A DNA stretch of 63,407 nucleotides, filler included, from Vannella sp. (GCA_023345925.1; 5 parts of 5 records of this genome joined end to end with filler, not necessarily neighbours in it); one strand, 5' to 3'; positions 12,659-26,000 are shown, counted from the first letter of the whole stretch. Notes: generated by a model not told the origin, from the letters alone. Numbers and translations are program-made.

Positions 12659-15600
12659 TTAAGAATCGTAAAAGCTCGAACCCATGAAGCCACCTTTGGT
12701 TTTCGAGATTTTCGGCTTTTCCGGCGCCTTTGTCAGGAATTGGGCCGCTGCGTTGGACGCTTTTCCGGCCGATTTCGAGATCATTTCTTGGCAGCCGCGG
12801 GTTTCGATGGTCATTGAGGGGACATGAAGAGGTTGAAGTGGACTGTAAGGGCTGACAACTTGGATTCCCAAAGAGGTAACGGATTTGAAAAGGACGGAGA
12901 AAGAAGAGAAGCCCAAAGCGGTGCATCCTTCAAAAGAGAGGAATCTGACAGCTTCCAAAGTGCAGGACTTGCTATTGAGTGAGAATTTCCTTAAAGAAGT
13001 GCAGTTTGTGAAAAGCGCTTCTTCGAGAGCGGGAAGCGACTTCAGTTGGACTTTCTCAAGCTGAAGACACTTCTGCATGGACAGCTTTCGGAGGTTGTCA
13101 AAGCGATGTTGGCCATCGTACGTGGTCCATTCTAACTGATTAAGAATCAGCTCTTCAAGATGTACAGCGTAGCGAGCGATGGGTTTCAAGCAGGAGGGCG
13201 AGAGCTGGGTCATGCCAGAGATGTCCAAGACTCGCAATGTGGCGCGAGACTGTCTGACAATAGAGCTAAGGCGAGCTTCGTCGAGATAGAGAAGGTGCGG
13301 GAAATGCAGTTCTCTCACATTACGAAGGAGATCCAAAGCGGTTGAAAGTAAGGGGTGCATGGGACCGATACTTGCAACTTCGTTCTCTGAACTGTCACTT
13401 CCTTCTTCTGCTGATTCGTTTGCTATTTCACTTTTGTGCAGTTCAATAATGCTGGTCCAATTGATGCCCTCGAGCATCAGCTCGATAACATGTGAGATGA
13501 AAGCTACATCAAGTTGCTTGCTATTTCCTTCCGCCAAAGTACCGGGAAGAAGGCCTTCAAAGGCATCTCGAACTTTCCCGTTTTGCAAAAGAAGTTTCCG
13601 TTCGACCGCTTCAGACTGGATTTCTTGCAGAATGAGCAAATAGCTCATTGCCTTGGAACAATCAATCGCTTCTTCGTCAGGGAGTTGTGAAATGGACATT
13701 GCTTTGGTGGGAATGCCTGAATTTGTTCCGCCTGCATCTACTGATGGTCTTCGGAAGGCAACTGATAGTCTGCGACTGGCGCTGGCTTTTATCGGTGTTG
13801 CCACGCGGGGTTGGGGACTTTCCGAAGAGACTCGTTCAGCAGGAGCTAGCGGAGATTCTTTTGTGAGTGTATTTGACCTACGAGTCGTTAGAAAGCGGCT
13901 GAATGTGCTCTTTCGTTTGGCAACTGCCGCATTAGCGGGGACAGTGAAGTCAGATACACTGGATTTGCGGATAAGGGGAGCGCGAGATCCAGATTTCTCA
14001 GTGACAAGTCTTGGGGAAGCACTCTCTGGCGCATTTGTGAGAGGGGAAAGCTGGCTGATACATTCCCAGGCCTCCACGGGGGAGACATGATGGAGCAGGA
14101 CCTCTCTCATAAAGTGTCCAAGTCGTGGTTCTATTGCGAGCAGGATGTCAGAGTGAGTCAGTTTAGGCTGTTCCTTGCAATCCTCTGAAAGCATGGCCTG
14201 GATCCGGATGACTCGGAAAAACAGTGTTCGCAACATTCTCTTGGTAAAGCCTGTCGCAGACCAGGTAGAAGTGTCCACCAAACGATTGGCAGAGGCACAT
14301 ACATGCTTCTCGACAGGCATAATGGAGCTAACCCAGCTGGAAAGCAGGTCGTAGGGACTGAATGTCAGGAAAGTTTGAACGGCTTCCATGTTGAGCAACT
14401 TATTCATCCTTTGGAAGCACAGGACAAACGAATGAACGCTGATCTTCTTCCAATTACCAAGCAATGAGGAGTTATCTCTGAACGGCTCACCAACTGATTG
14501 AGACACCAAACGGTAGGACGGGCGGAAACCAGGCAGTCTGACGGTATGAGCGAGCAGATTATCCGGTCCATCCACTCCAGGGGCAATCAGCAGGGTCTTG
14601 AGCATGTCCAAGGTGTATTGCCGTGGATCGAGACGCTGCTCAATAATCTGCATCTGGTCCATGTTGTTCTTGATAGTGGTTGCTAAGGAGGCCCCTGCTT
14701 TGTCGAAAAGGCGAATGAGAACCGGCACTTCCATGGGAGAGGCTCTGTAATCTTTGGTGTCGCTCTGCCAGATCTGTGGGCAGCAACGGACTAAAGAGCA
14801 ATTAACGGCTGTTCCAGAGAGGCGACGAGTGAGCTCATCGACAACGAATTGGGTTACGGGGCTGGTGGGGGAGAAGATGGCATGCCCAATCAACTTGTCG
14901 TCAGAGCCTTTGATGGGGAGAGTGGTTTCATCTGATTCAGAGGTTTCTGATGAGAGGACGAACATGTCTTCTTGATAAAGCTGGCAAGCAATCTCTGGCC
15001 GGAGAGGGAGAGTTTGAGAGGAGTTGTTCGCCACAAAGTTCACTTGAATGAACGATTTACCGGGGTTCTCTCGTTGGAAGTCCGCCAGTGGCATTGTGAT
15101 GGATTGAAGGAGTTCTTCCATCTCTTGCTGTTGCTTTTCCGCATTCCCACTTCGCCCAGAAGTGTCAAAAGGCAAATCTAAAAGAATTGGGAGCAGTTGG
15201 ACTCTCAAAGGGACGTTGGATACACTTTGCATGATTCCCTCCCATCCTTCAGTGCACGAAGAGGCTAAATCCCGGAGGAGCTGTGAGTATCCCAGGCGCA
15301 GTAACTGAAGGCCCAGAATGCGGAGGGATTGGATCATCTGTTCCTTATCCACCCATACAGAAAGCAAGAAGAGTAAATGGTACAGCAATCTCATAAAGTG
15401 GTCACTGGAGCGCTCTGGAGCCCTTTGCGTTGTCATCCACAACGAAAAGTGCTCTTCCAAACGCTCTCCCACTTCCTTAGCAAGTTGGGTTGGGGTCTTT
15501 CCTTCTGGAATTTTGCCTTTCTGCTCCTCAAAGAGTAAAGATAACTGGAGAAGTGAGTTCTGGACCAAAGGAATGTGCATATCTTCAAACTCGTTCTCAT

Positions 15601-18600
15601 CAAGAGAAGAAAGCTCCACAACAGTTCTTAGATACTTTGGTGGGACCTTCTTGATGAGAGTGTCAACCATGTTGATGCTCAGTGTCTGGGCAGACTCTTC
15701 TGACTCTGCTTGGAGTCGGCTAAGCTCAGCTAGCTTAGTGAGTTGGCTAGCGAGTTTGTACTTTTCAGGTCGGACTACTCCAACAGCACTTTCATCCGTA
15801 TCGCTGTCAAAGGAGGTACCAAGGTGCATTTCTGCTTGGCAGCTGTAACGCGCGACTTTGCACCAATTGACCACACCCTCGGGAGCAGAATAGCGCATGG
15901 CAAGTTGGTGATGATAGGAGACGAGTGCATTGGAGGACCCGCTTCTACCTAAGAGAGGATTCAGCTGATAATTGCACTCTTCTAGCCAGCGAGAGAACTT
16001 GTAAAGCATAACAGCTAATGAAGTGAGAAGCTGCTTCCGCCCAAAGACCAGAATTTCCCACTCAAAGTCTTCTTCTACGACAAAGTGCGTCTCACTTGGG
16101 ACATTGTCCGCCTTTGAATAGGCGCGACACTCCACTGTCTTGTAAAACAGCTGTCCTCGAGCGTAAATAGAGTTAGCAACATTGGAGACGCACTCAATTT
16201 GGCTGCACCGCTCCGCAGAAAGAAGTCCAAGGGATTGGAAAGCAAAAAGGCGGGACCAAGTGTCCGTCTCAAGTACATTGTAGAAGACTGCAATGAAGTT
16301 GATGACCTTGGAAAGGTTCAGGAGGAGCTCTCTCACGTCAATTCCACGAGGAGTTGGATCTACTTCGGCTGATTCCTCTTCTTCCATTGCTACTCTGTGA
16401 GCATCTATTTCGGTTTTAAGATACATAAAGAACGCTTGAACAAACTGCTGGGACCGAGGCTGGTCATTTGCTCCATCCTTGGATTGTAGAATGGCAGCCA
16501 TGGAGTTGATAAAGCGCCCAGCCAGCTCAGAGTCACCAGAAAGGTAAGCTGTGTCGTAGATACCGCACAATTTCATCAGGTTCTGCTCTGTAACCTTCTC
16601 CACAGCAGCTTTTGTTCCCATGCATAACTGCAAAAAGCAATCAAACACGTCTCCTTGAATAAACGAGCTCACCAGAATCCCAGCTTGGGAGAGAGCAGCG
16701 AGAAGGATCTTGGAGAAGCGCGAAAAGTACTCCTCAACCTCGGGAGAGTTAATATCAGTCACAAGAATGAACTTGGCTTCGTTGTAAGGAAGTGCACAAA
16801 GCTTGCCCCAGCTTCCCTGTCCGAGTAAAGCAAATTTGGTGGGTGCTGTAGTTCCCATTTCTGCCAGGGATTCCCTCATGCAGCGGTGGAGGACTGAAGT
16901 GAGGATGGCAGTTGTATCCCTAAAAACGCTCACCATGTAAGGTGTTACAGCAAAGGAGCTTCCTGAGAAACGTGTCTGGAGATAGCTGACGACGTCAACC
17001 ATTGAACTGTCCGTAGCAATATCGAGAGAAGAATCAGAGGACAGCTCTCGTGGCCTACTCATTGTCTCTTCATAGTCGTACAAAAACTTATAGAAAACGG
17101 CCGAGTCGCTTAGGACAGTTCGGAGGAAGGCACCAAACTGGTGGAAGCGCTGGCGGATGATTTGGACCATCGATTGCTCCAGATTCTTGTTGCTGATTAA
17201 GAGCTTAGAGATAGCTACTTTACCAACAGGAGAGACCGTAAAGCTATTCAAGCGAATGACGAATTGGTGAGGGTCAATCTTATCGTCCAGTAAAATCCAG
17301 TCCCCATGGGTGCTGTTGGAACGCAGATTGCTCCAGATAAGACGACTGAAGCTTTGAAGGAGACTCTGAATATCGGGCTCCAAGGTTCCGAATAGTTCCT
17401 CAATCTCTGGGGAGTCCTTCACACGAGAGAACAGCCACAGCAGATTCTGACCAGTGGGGAAGACTCGAGTGAGAGGGAACGAGTTGTCCACCAATAGTTT
17501 CAATTGGACTGTTCTTGAGATCTTTGCCAATCCTTGGAATCCTTTTTGAAGGGCCAGTTGTTTGGCTTGGGCTACAAGAGCTAAAGATTCCTCAGACTCT
17601 CGTTCCTCAAAAGAGTGAGTGGCAGTAGTAGGCGCCTTCTGTTCAAAATGCGCAGTCATGATCTCAAGATAGGCGATGTACTCTGAGAATGCCTGAGCTC
17701 CCTGATGTGCTTTCGAGATTCCCCCAAAGATAGGCCAGCTCCCCGCCAAAGGTACTGCTAACAATCGGCCTGTCTTTTCGCTTCCACTGTTAAGGAAGTT
17801 GTTGACACTGTGCAAAGTTCCTGCGCTAGACATCCACTTACGGGCACCCATGGTGCTCTGGCTGCCGAATTTGCTCCAAACGGTGGGTGACATAACTGCT
17901 TGGACAAAGCCCACGTGCTCATTATACATGTTAACTACCAATCATTAGACGAGATACGTGACTTTCTGGGGTCTACTCACTGATATTAGGCGCGGAGAGG
18001 AAGCCTGAGATATCAAGCTTTTCAATGTCAATCTTACTGATGCTGTTGTTTTGGCAGATGTGCGTTAGCATTCTCCGAGAGCCAGGACAGTCAAAGCTGA
18101 CAGCCCAAGAGTAGGTCCCGCGCAAACAGGCCTCAACGACAAGGATCTCACTGAGCCATGCTCCAAGTGAGTGGCCAGTAAAGGATAAATGGTACGTGTG
18201 GTAATCGTCTGCGGGCATTTTGGGGTCCGAGTACACTCCTGGCTCGCTAGTGGGTAGCCCAATCAGTACTTTCTCGGTGAATGCAGCGCCGGAAAGAACT
18301 TCTTCAAGGAATGCGTTGACCGCTCGGTGCTGTTCTACATCACCATTCAATACAACACCGGCTAGATCGTCATAGAGGGCTCCAAAGTTGTTCGCTTTGG
18401 TTCCTCGGCTTGCAATGACGACTTGGTGGGAAAAGTGATTAATCAAGAGAACTGCTTTGTACCCTCCCGTGCCGCTGTGGAACCTCACGATCTTCCAACC
18501 GCAGACAGAAAGCCAGAAGAAGCTTTGGCCAGGTGTTGTAAGTAGATTGGGATCGCTCTTGTAAGCCAGCTTTGCCATGAGTGCATACTCATAGTCAGAG

Positions 18601-21600
18601 GCGCGTTTCCAAGTGTGTTTTGAAGCTGTTCTCACATCAATGGCATGAACTAGTTGGAAGATAGTCCCTTGATAGCTTGCTAACTGTTTTGGGTCATTAT
18701 TGATGCGATAACCCAAGTGGATAAAGCTCTTGGAGGTTTTTGCGAGGGGTCGTAGTTGCTCAATGATAGAACGCACGATCTCCTCCGATTCAAAGCCTTC
18801 AATAGCCATGAATGGGATGCGGCAGCGTTGTATTAAAGAGACAATCCCCGGGACTTGGTCACAACCAATACTGAAGCGAGGATCAGACAGATGAAAGTAA
18901 GTCAACGGAAGAGTTTCTTTCCAGTCCAGCAAAGGGAGAATCCCATCAAAGTGGAGAATGAGAGACTTCAATGTTGGCTTGTGCCGGCGGATGAACTGCT
19001 GAAGCTCCATGGCAAGTCCTGGTTGATAAGGGTTCTTTGTGTCCACAAAAACGATCTGTTTGATGGAGTGGAGTTGGTCCAAGTCATCCAAAAACAGTTG
19101 AAAGTTGCGAATGGAGGGATTGAATATGGAAAGATACTCAATATGATAGTAGCCCGCCAAAAAGTGCTCTGAGATGGTGCAGCGATGAAATTTAAGCCAC
19201 GCCACTGACTCGGAGTCCTTTCCAGAGATCGGAAGCTCTTCAACAGTAAGAGCCTTTGGGAGGGTCTTTTGCTTCCGGATATCTTCTTTGATGTATTCCG
19301 CAAAAAGCGAGTTTGCGTACCAATTGAGAGAGTCTCGTAGGCTCTGGAGGATCACTTCTTGATAGCACCATTCTAAGAGCTCGTGAGCTTCGTTAGTTTG
19401 TTCTCCAGTGATATTCTCAGTCGCTTGTAGAAGGATCTTAATGGCCTTTTCCAGATCGACAGGTGTGCCCAATCCCTTAGCATAGCAGAGACCTGTGTAG
19501 TACTGCGCAGTTCTGTGACCTTGCTGAGATACATTCTCCATCCAACGAAGTGCTTGAGGATAATCTGGCTCGCCCCCGATGAGGGTCCCATGATAGTAAG
19601 CCATTGCCAAGTTGAATTGAGAGTCCTCATGGTCCATCAAAGCGTACTTTTTGAGGAATTCCACTCTTGCATCATCCGTAGGGAGATCTTGCAAACACTT
19701 CTCGTACAAGAAATTGAAATTTGACTTGGCCCCAGGATGATTAAGTCGAGTCGCTTGGTAAAAGTGAGAAGCTGCTTGCCATATATCCTTCCTGACTAAT
19801 TTGCCTTCTGCATAGCTAAGTCCCAGCTGATAGTGGGCCTCCGTCTTTCCAGCTGCCGCTTCTGCCAGAATAGTCTCAAAGTATGAATCGTTTGTAAGAG
19901 TCTTTTGGTTCATCTCATCAAAGAGGCGAGCGGCTTTGGAGTGTCCTTGATCCTTGGCTTTTTCCAGATACTTGATCATCAGTGGTGTATTCTCTGCGGT
20001 TCCCACTCCGTTTTGAAAAGAAAGAGCCACCATATACTGAGCCTCTGATAGCCCCAAGTCTGCTGCCTGCAAGAGACAATTGAAGCCTGCTTGCTCGCTG
20101 GAAGGGACATTGAGAAAGGCTATACCAAGCTGTAGCATGTATCCAGCAGATCGATGATTTTGCGGTGCCGCCCTATGACGACGCCGAGCAGCAGGGAGAA
20201 GATTAACTGGCAATAATGTTGCTGTCATTGTACGTTGCCGAGAGCGCGGATCATTTGAAGTTTTCCTCCCTTCTAGAGTCTTGTAAAGCTTAGATGCTTC
20301 AACGGAGCCAATTCGAGCAGCACAGCCAGCCCAGTATTGGGCAAGATTAAACCGTTCAGTGTCCATTAAACAGAACGCGAATTCTAACTGTGCCTCGACG
20401 CACCCTCTTCCTGCTGCTTGGAGTAGAAGATCGTCAATCTTGGATGGAAGGACCACTCTCAAGCGAGAGTCTTCAGGATGAGCTGTTTGCAAGAGATAGA
20501 GCTCATTGAGGGCATCAGGAATGCCCTGTTTTGCTGCTTCAATGATAAAGCGAACCCCAGGATGATCCACTAAGGAGCCTTTTGTAGGAGGGTCGTGAGT
20601 CACTAATAGAGTGCCCAGCTTGAACTGTGCCAGCGCGTTTCCTTGCTCAGCCGAAGAGCGCAAGAGCTTTCCAAGTGGGTGCTCGTTCATGTCAGTTCCT
20701 GCTGAAGGTTGTGGATAATACTTTGAAAAGGAAAACTGTGCGAGGTCGAATCCCTTTTTTGCTCCATCACCGAGGAATAAGAAGGTAGAGGCATCAAAGT
20801 CATCCGGAAAGTCAACCGAAAAAAGCTGGTTCATCGCATCAAAGGACTCGACATGATTCTGTTCGCATGCAGTGCTGAAGTACTTCAGTGCCTTCTTGAG
20901 TCGCTTCGAAGACAGCAAACCCTTGGACTTGGACAGCAAATCACTTCCCACCAGGAAGAGTGCCAGCGAAAATTTCTGTTCAACAGACTTGCCTAACCAA
21001 TCCTGCGCTACGGTAGTGTCCTTCCTCACGCCATCGCCGCAATGGTAGGATAATCCAACACGGAATTGAGAAAAGTCTTCCCCTTTCGTCGCTTCTTCGA
21101 GATAGAACGAGAACGCATCTCCTGGAGAAGCCCTGAAGAACTCCTGAGCATTATCCAGCAACGTATAGATGTAATCGTGGTTCTTATGGTCCCACAGCGC
21201 ATACAAACTGCGGTGAAGAGACCGGAATTGGCCCAAAGAGAAATCCGAACTACCAAAGTAATGCTTCTCCTCGCCTTGAGCTTCCCCGTCAAAGTGGCTT
21301 TGGAGGGGATCTTTCAGTTGCTGATTGGTGGCCTGATCGACGAGAACGCGGTGAATTTTACGGAGGAGTTGCAGGTGAAGGCGGGCCATAGTGTGGCCCT
21401 GCCAGGCTGCCAGGACCATCCACTGGATGGCAGCTCGAAGGTTTCGCGCGATTCCGATTCCTGTTAGCCTGTGGAAGCCCATGCGGTACTGAGCATCGGG
21501 GTTGTTGTTCAAGGCGGCTTGAAGGTACCATTCCATTGCCGTCGTCATGTCCTTGGCTGGTGTCCCGCCTAACAAGGGATCGCAAGTGGTATCTAACCGC

Positions 21601-22370
21601 CTTCCAGACTCGTACTGAGCGCCAGGATGTCCTCCAGAGGCAGCAGACTCCAGAAGGCCAAGGATTTGACTGGCCTTGCGGCTACTTGAGGTACAGTCGT
21701 CTTTGTAGGTTTGATATGCTGCTCTGAGACTCCCTGATCTCGCTGCTGCTTCCCACAGGACTGTGGGGTCGGACATCCGCATCTCATCTTCCCCGTTTTG
21801 ATGAGCTAGGGAGGTCAGAACACAAGGAAGGGGCTTTCCTCGAAGAGTACCAAGCAGCTGAGTTCCTTCTGCTTTCCTCCCCGGGATATCAGGTGCTGTG
21901 AGGAGGAGGTGGGCGTGATACCACTCAGCAAGGGTGGACCGACGAGAAGAAGCCTTCGCCAGGTGCTTGATAGCCTCCTCAAGGTTCTTTTGTATAGAAG
22001 GGTTCTCTTCATGGCCTTGGTAGTGGTGGTGGCCTACCAAGAGGAGCGCTGTTGAGGACTCAGACGAAAGGGAAACGAGATGCTTCCAAATGGTGTGGGT
22101 CAGTAGCGGGCTAAGGAGGCCAAAGTTAGTGTCTTGAAGACTCCACAGAGAATGTGTTGTGAGAGAGGGTAGTGAGAGGCCCTGGAATAGTGAAGGGGAG
22201 CAAAGAGAAAGGATAATCAGCCCGACTGTGCGCCAGTAAGGTGACTCCATCGCCATCTCCTCCACAGATGACCCTTCTCTCTCCTCCATCTCCTCCAACA
22301 GCCATTGACGCACGGCATCCCATTGTTCTTGGTCCACCAGGCGACAGAGAACCGCTGGAAGGCTCGCCAT
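12659..22370 (-). CDS. Giant ~3,221-aa protein: Sel1 repeats-class 3 lipase-DUF294/GlnD-like NTase (degenerate)-PI3/4K/HipA-like pseudokinase-LRR
   Basis: Two long ORFs joined in frame by a 46-nt intron at 17935-17980 (GTGAGT..CTAAT..TAG), giving SAPNIINMYNEHVG; Sel1 motifs (AQYxLGxxYxxGxG); TGHSLG; FALLGQGSWG; C-terminal LRRs. Confidence 0.85.
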
Positions 22371-22567
22371 CCCTCAAGGGGAAAGGAAGCTGTGCCGAAT
22401 GAATGGCGTTAACCATAATTGGGCAATTATTAGAAAGAAAACCAGACATTTTAGGTTTGAATAAATTGTTGTTGTTATCACAAGCACCCTTTTTTTCTTG
22501 GCTGACCGACGCACGCTCTCGCTGCGTCGGATCAAGACTCAAGCCCGCTTTGGGATCGGAGCTGATT

Positions 22568-22667
22568 NNNNNNNNNNNNNNNNNNNNNNNNNNNNNNNNN
22601 NNNNNNNNNNNTTAATTAATTAANNNNNNNNNNNNNNNNNNNNNNNNNNNNNNNNNNNNNNNNNNNN
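22568..22667. other. Artificial contig linker (N-TTAATTAATTAA-N)
   Basis: 100-nt N spacer with a six-frame stop cassette. Confidence 0.98.
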
Positions 22668-22820
22668 GGTGGCAGTGAGGTATTCGAACCTGCATGTCCT
22701 GACCAGAGGCAGAGCATGAGGCAGAACGTTCCAGCACTTCGTTCAGTACTACTCAGTACTCCTTCTTATAGCCTAAGCCAATAAGACGGAGCCGCTTAGA
22801 CCATTCAACCAAACCGTAGA
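22668..22820 (-). ncRNA. tRNA-like (Leu/Ser-type) Pol III element: tRNA pseudogene or tRNA-derived SINE
   Basis: Minus strand has A-box-like TGGTTGAATGGTCTAAG, B-box-like GGTTCGAATACC and a 3' CACTGCCA; the stems do not close into a canonical cloverleaf. Confidence 0.4.
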
Positions 22821-23085
22821 GCCAGATCGCACGGAGAGAGGTGCGACCCGCGGAAGGCGAAAAGAAAAAGGAATCTAGAAGCACTTTCCAGTAGGCCAAC
22901 GGACGTGCTTTAGTGGGCCGTGAACTCTCTCGTGAGACAGGAATCTAAAAATCTGAGAACCACGCCTCTGACCCGATCAATTCTAATTTTTATAACATTT
23001 TAAGAGATCCATAATTCCTGTTTCACCACGGGGGGAAGGAAAAATCTTCTTTTTGTGTTTTGTTCGCTTTTTTTGTCTGTTCGAG

Positions 23086-26000
23086 ATGCGAGAGCTTTGG
23101 AGGCAGACTGTGGTGATTGGAATGCTTCTATTCCTTGCTGTGGACGCACTTCCAAGAGCTATCTGGCAGCAAAGAGAGTACGACGTGAGAGTGATGGGCG
23201 AATGGAGTGAAGGAGTCTCCTCAGGAGTCACGGAGAAGGACCCTCTTCGCGCTGTCCTGTCGCGTAGAGGGGCGAGAATCCAGCATGAATACGTGCAAGA
23301 GAAACTGATCCTATTCTTAACCGAGCCTCCTTTGTCGCCGTTCGCGTTGGCTGTTACGTTCGAAGATGAGCCTCCTCAGGACTTTCTCTGTGAGAGCGCA
23401 GGTGAACTTCTTCCCGTGTCTTGCCATTCGTTTGATAAGAGAGAGATTCGCGGCGACTGCTGCAGTGATAACTCTCTTCCCAGAGCAAACGAGACATGCG
23501 TTTGTCCCAGCAACTTCACTTTCTCTCACCCCGGTGGCGGCTCAGTAAGCTTCGATAACTACACTATCCTATCTCCTTCTATCATGGTCAACGCATCTGG
23601 AGATCTGTCCATACAGAACAGCTTCTTCAACGCAAGTGGAGGGAACATCTCCCTCTTGGTCGCAAGTCCCCTCTCCATCTCTCTTCTGTCGAAGATGTCT
23701 GCGAATTCGATTCAAATCACCGCTTTGAGTACCAACGCACCACTGAGTATCAGTGACAGCAGCTTAGAATACGAGGATCTTCTCCAAATGACCGGATCCA
23801 GCACATCATCAGAAGGAGTCAAAGTCGTCAACTCGTCTCTCAAAGCAGGCAACAACTCACTTGCATTAGTGAGTGGCTACAGCGAATCCAGTGATGGAGT
23901 CCGATTAGAGCTCACTCTTGGTTTCCCCATTCCGAATCTGAAAGTCAATGGCACTTCCAATTCCACCACTCAAACAGGCCTACCTCTCTATGGAGTCTAT
24001 ATGAGAGCCAGTCTGACTCAAAACATATCGGAGATTGATGGTCGTTGCCTTCAAGGTTCAAATATGTTTTGCCAAGGACTTTTCTTTCAAGGAGAGATCC
24101 AGAACGCTTTTGGAACTTTGAAAGGAGCTGGTTGGTTGGGCATTCTTCTTGATCGAGCTAATATCGACCGCAGTAACGTCAGCTTCTTGGTGGAAAGTGG
24201 ATACTGCAATGGAATCCAAGTGAAAGAGTTGAACATATCAACCTCTAATGTTCTTCTATCTGGAAGGTCTATTTCTAGTTGTGTCTACGCTACTGGCGTT
24301 ATCTTCAATGACGTCATTTTGCAACAGAGTTCGAATCTAACTGTTCTTGGATCTGCGCTTACAACTAGGGAAGCCGCATTTGGTATCCGCTGCCAGTCCT
24401 GGACTCGACCCTTTCAAGTACCAAGTGGATCTTCTTGCCATATGATCGGAAGGATTGGAGGCAGCGTCGGGACGACAAATTATGGAGTGCATTTAGACTC
24501 GGTTTCTCTCACCTCTCAAGGAATAACCAAGATTGAGGGAGATAACTCCAGTCCGGATGGAATAGCTGTCTTGGTTAACAACACATCTATGGAAGGGGTC
24601 TGCATCAACGCCAGTCTCTCTGGGACTCTTTTTGGCTCTCCTATTGCGTTTCAGCTTGTTGGAAACGGGACTTTCTCGACGTGCTCCATTTATGCCGGGG
24701 GAAATGGCTTGAGTGTCCCTGCAGGAGCTAGCTATGCCAGGGGAGTAAACGTTCAAGAAGCCTATTACTCTTTCAAGAATGTTTCGGTTTCATGTCAACT
24801 TTCAAGTGCTGGTAATGCCACAGCAATCGTCCAGAAACTTGGGAAACCCAATCAGGAAACGGAATCGGATATCAGCTGGATCAATAGTGACTTTTCTGCC
24901 CATGTTCAGAGCGGAGTCACCGGCATCGGCATTTTAATTGATTCCAGCAGATTCTTTGCAAGCAACTCGAGTTTTTCTGCAACAGTAGAATGCAATCAAT
25001 CTGACTCATGTTTCGCAATCCAGCTCGGTGATGTTGTAATCAAGACTGAAGCTAACCTATCGTTCTCTGGAACCCTTCAAACTAATGCAAGCCAATCGAG
25101 TGCTGGGGTCTCTTTCAGAGAAACCACATTCGAACATCCAACGGGAGTTCTAGTTTTCGAACGAATTGACATCTCGGGGAAAGCTACGAACGAGGGTTAT
25201 GGTGTGCTTTTGAACACCTTAGAGTGCAAATTAGCTTTATCGCATCTGTTTATCAATGGAATTGGAAAGCAAGGTGGAGTAGTGCTGGACGATGAATTAT
25301 CGCGCGGTTCCATCCGTGTAAATCAGTGTCACATCAATGGAACAGCAATGGTTGGCAAAGGAGTGTCTTTTGGGACAGGCCAAATATTGGCACCTACTTT
25401 AAACATCCGAGGAACTTCTGATGTGTCTGAGGGACTTGACCTTGGACCCGGCAGTTTCGTTTATGGCGATTTGGCAAGCACATTCATTGAGGTCTCATTT
25501 CATGGGGAGTCTGCATCCTCGGACAAAGCTTCTATACTAATACCGGGCTATACGTGGGTGGGTTCTCCAGGTCTCAATTCCACTTGGACAGGCAACACTT
25601 TTGTCTCTTCTCTGGCACAAAGCCTGACACTAGTCTCGAGTTCAGGCTGCAAAACAAAGTTTCTTCTGCCTTTCAGAGCAGTGGCTACTCAGGTTGACCT
25701 GAGTGGCTCTGGAGAATTGACTCTTGCAAAGGGTTTAATCGCTGAAGGAGACATCAAAGTTACGGCTTCTTATCCCCCCCGTCTGTGTGGACAGTTCACT
25801 TCAAAGAACGGATCCGTACTTATGAGTAGCACAAGTGGTGTTTTAGTTGATTGTTCCGTTCCCCCAATGACACCCTTCAAATGAAGGGTTCGCATATAAG
25901 CGCCAATAAGTTTAGTGGGATTCGCGCTGCTGATGGAGCTTTGCCAAGCCTACTTTTAAACGCAACAGGATCGAACGGCGTTTCAATCAGTGGGGATGCC

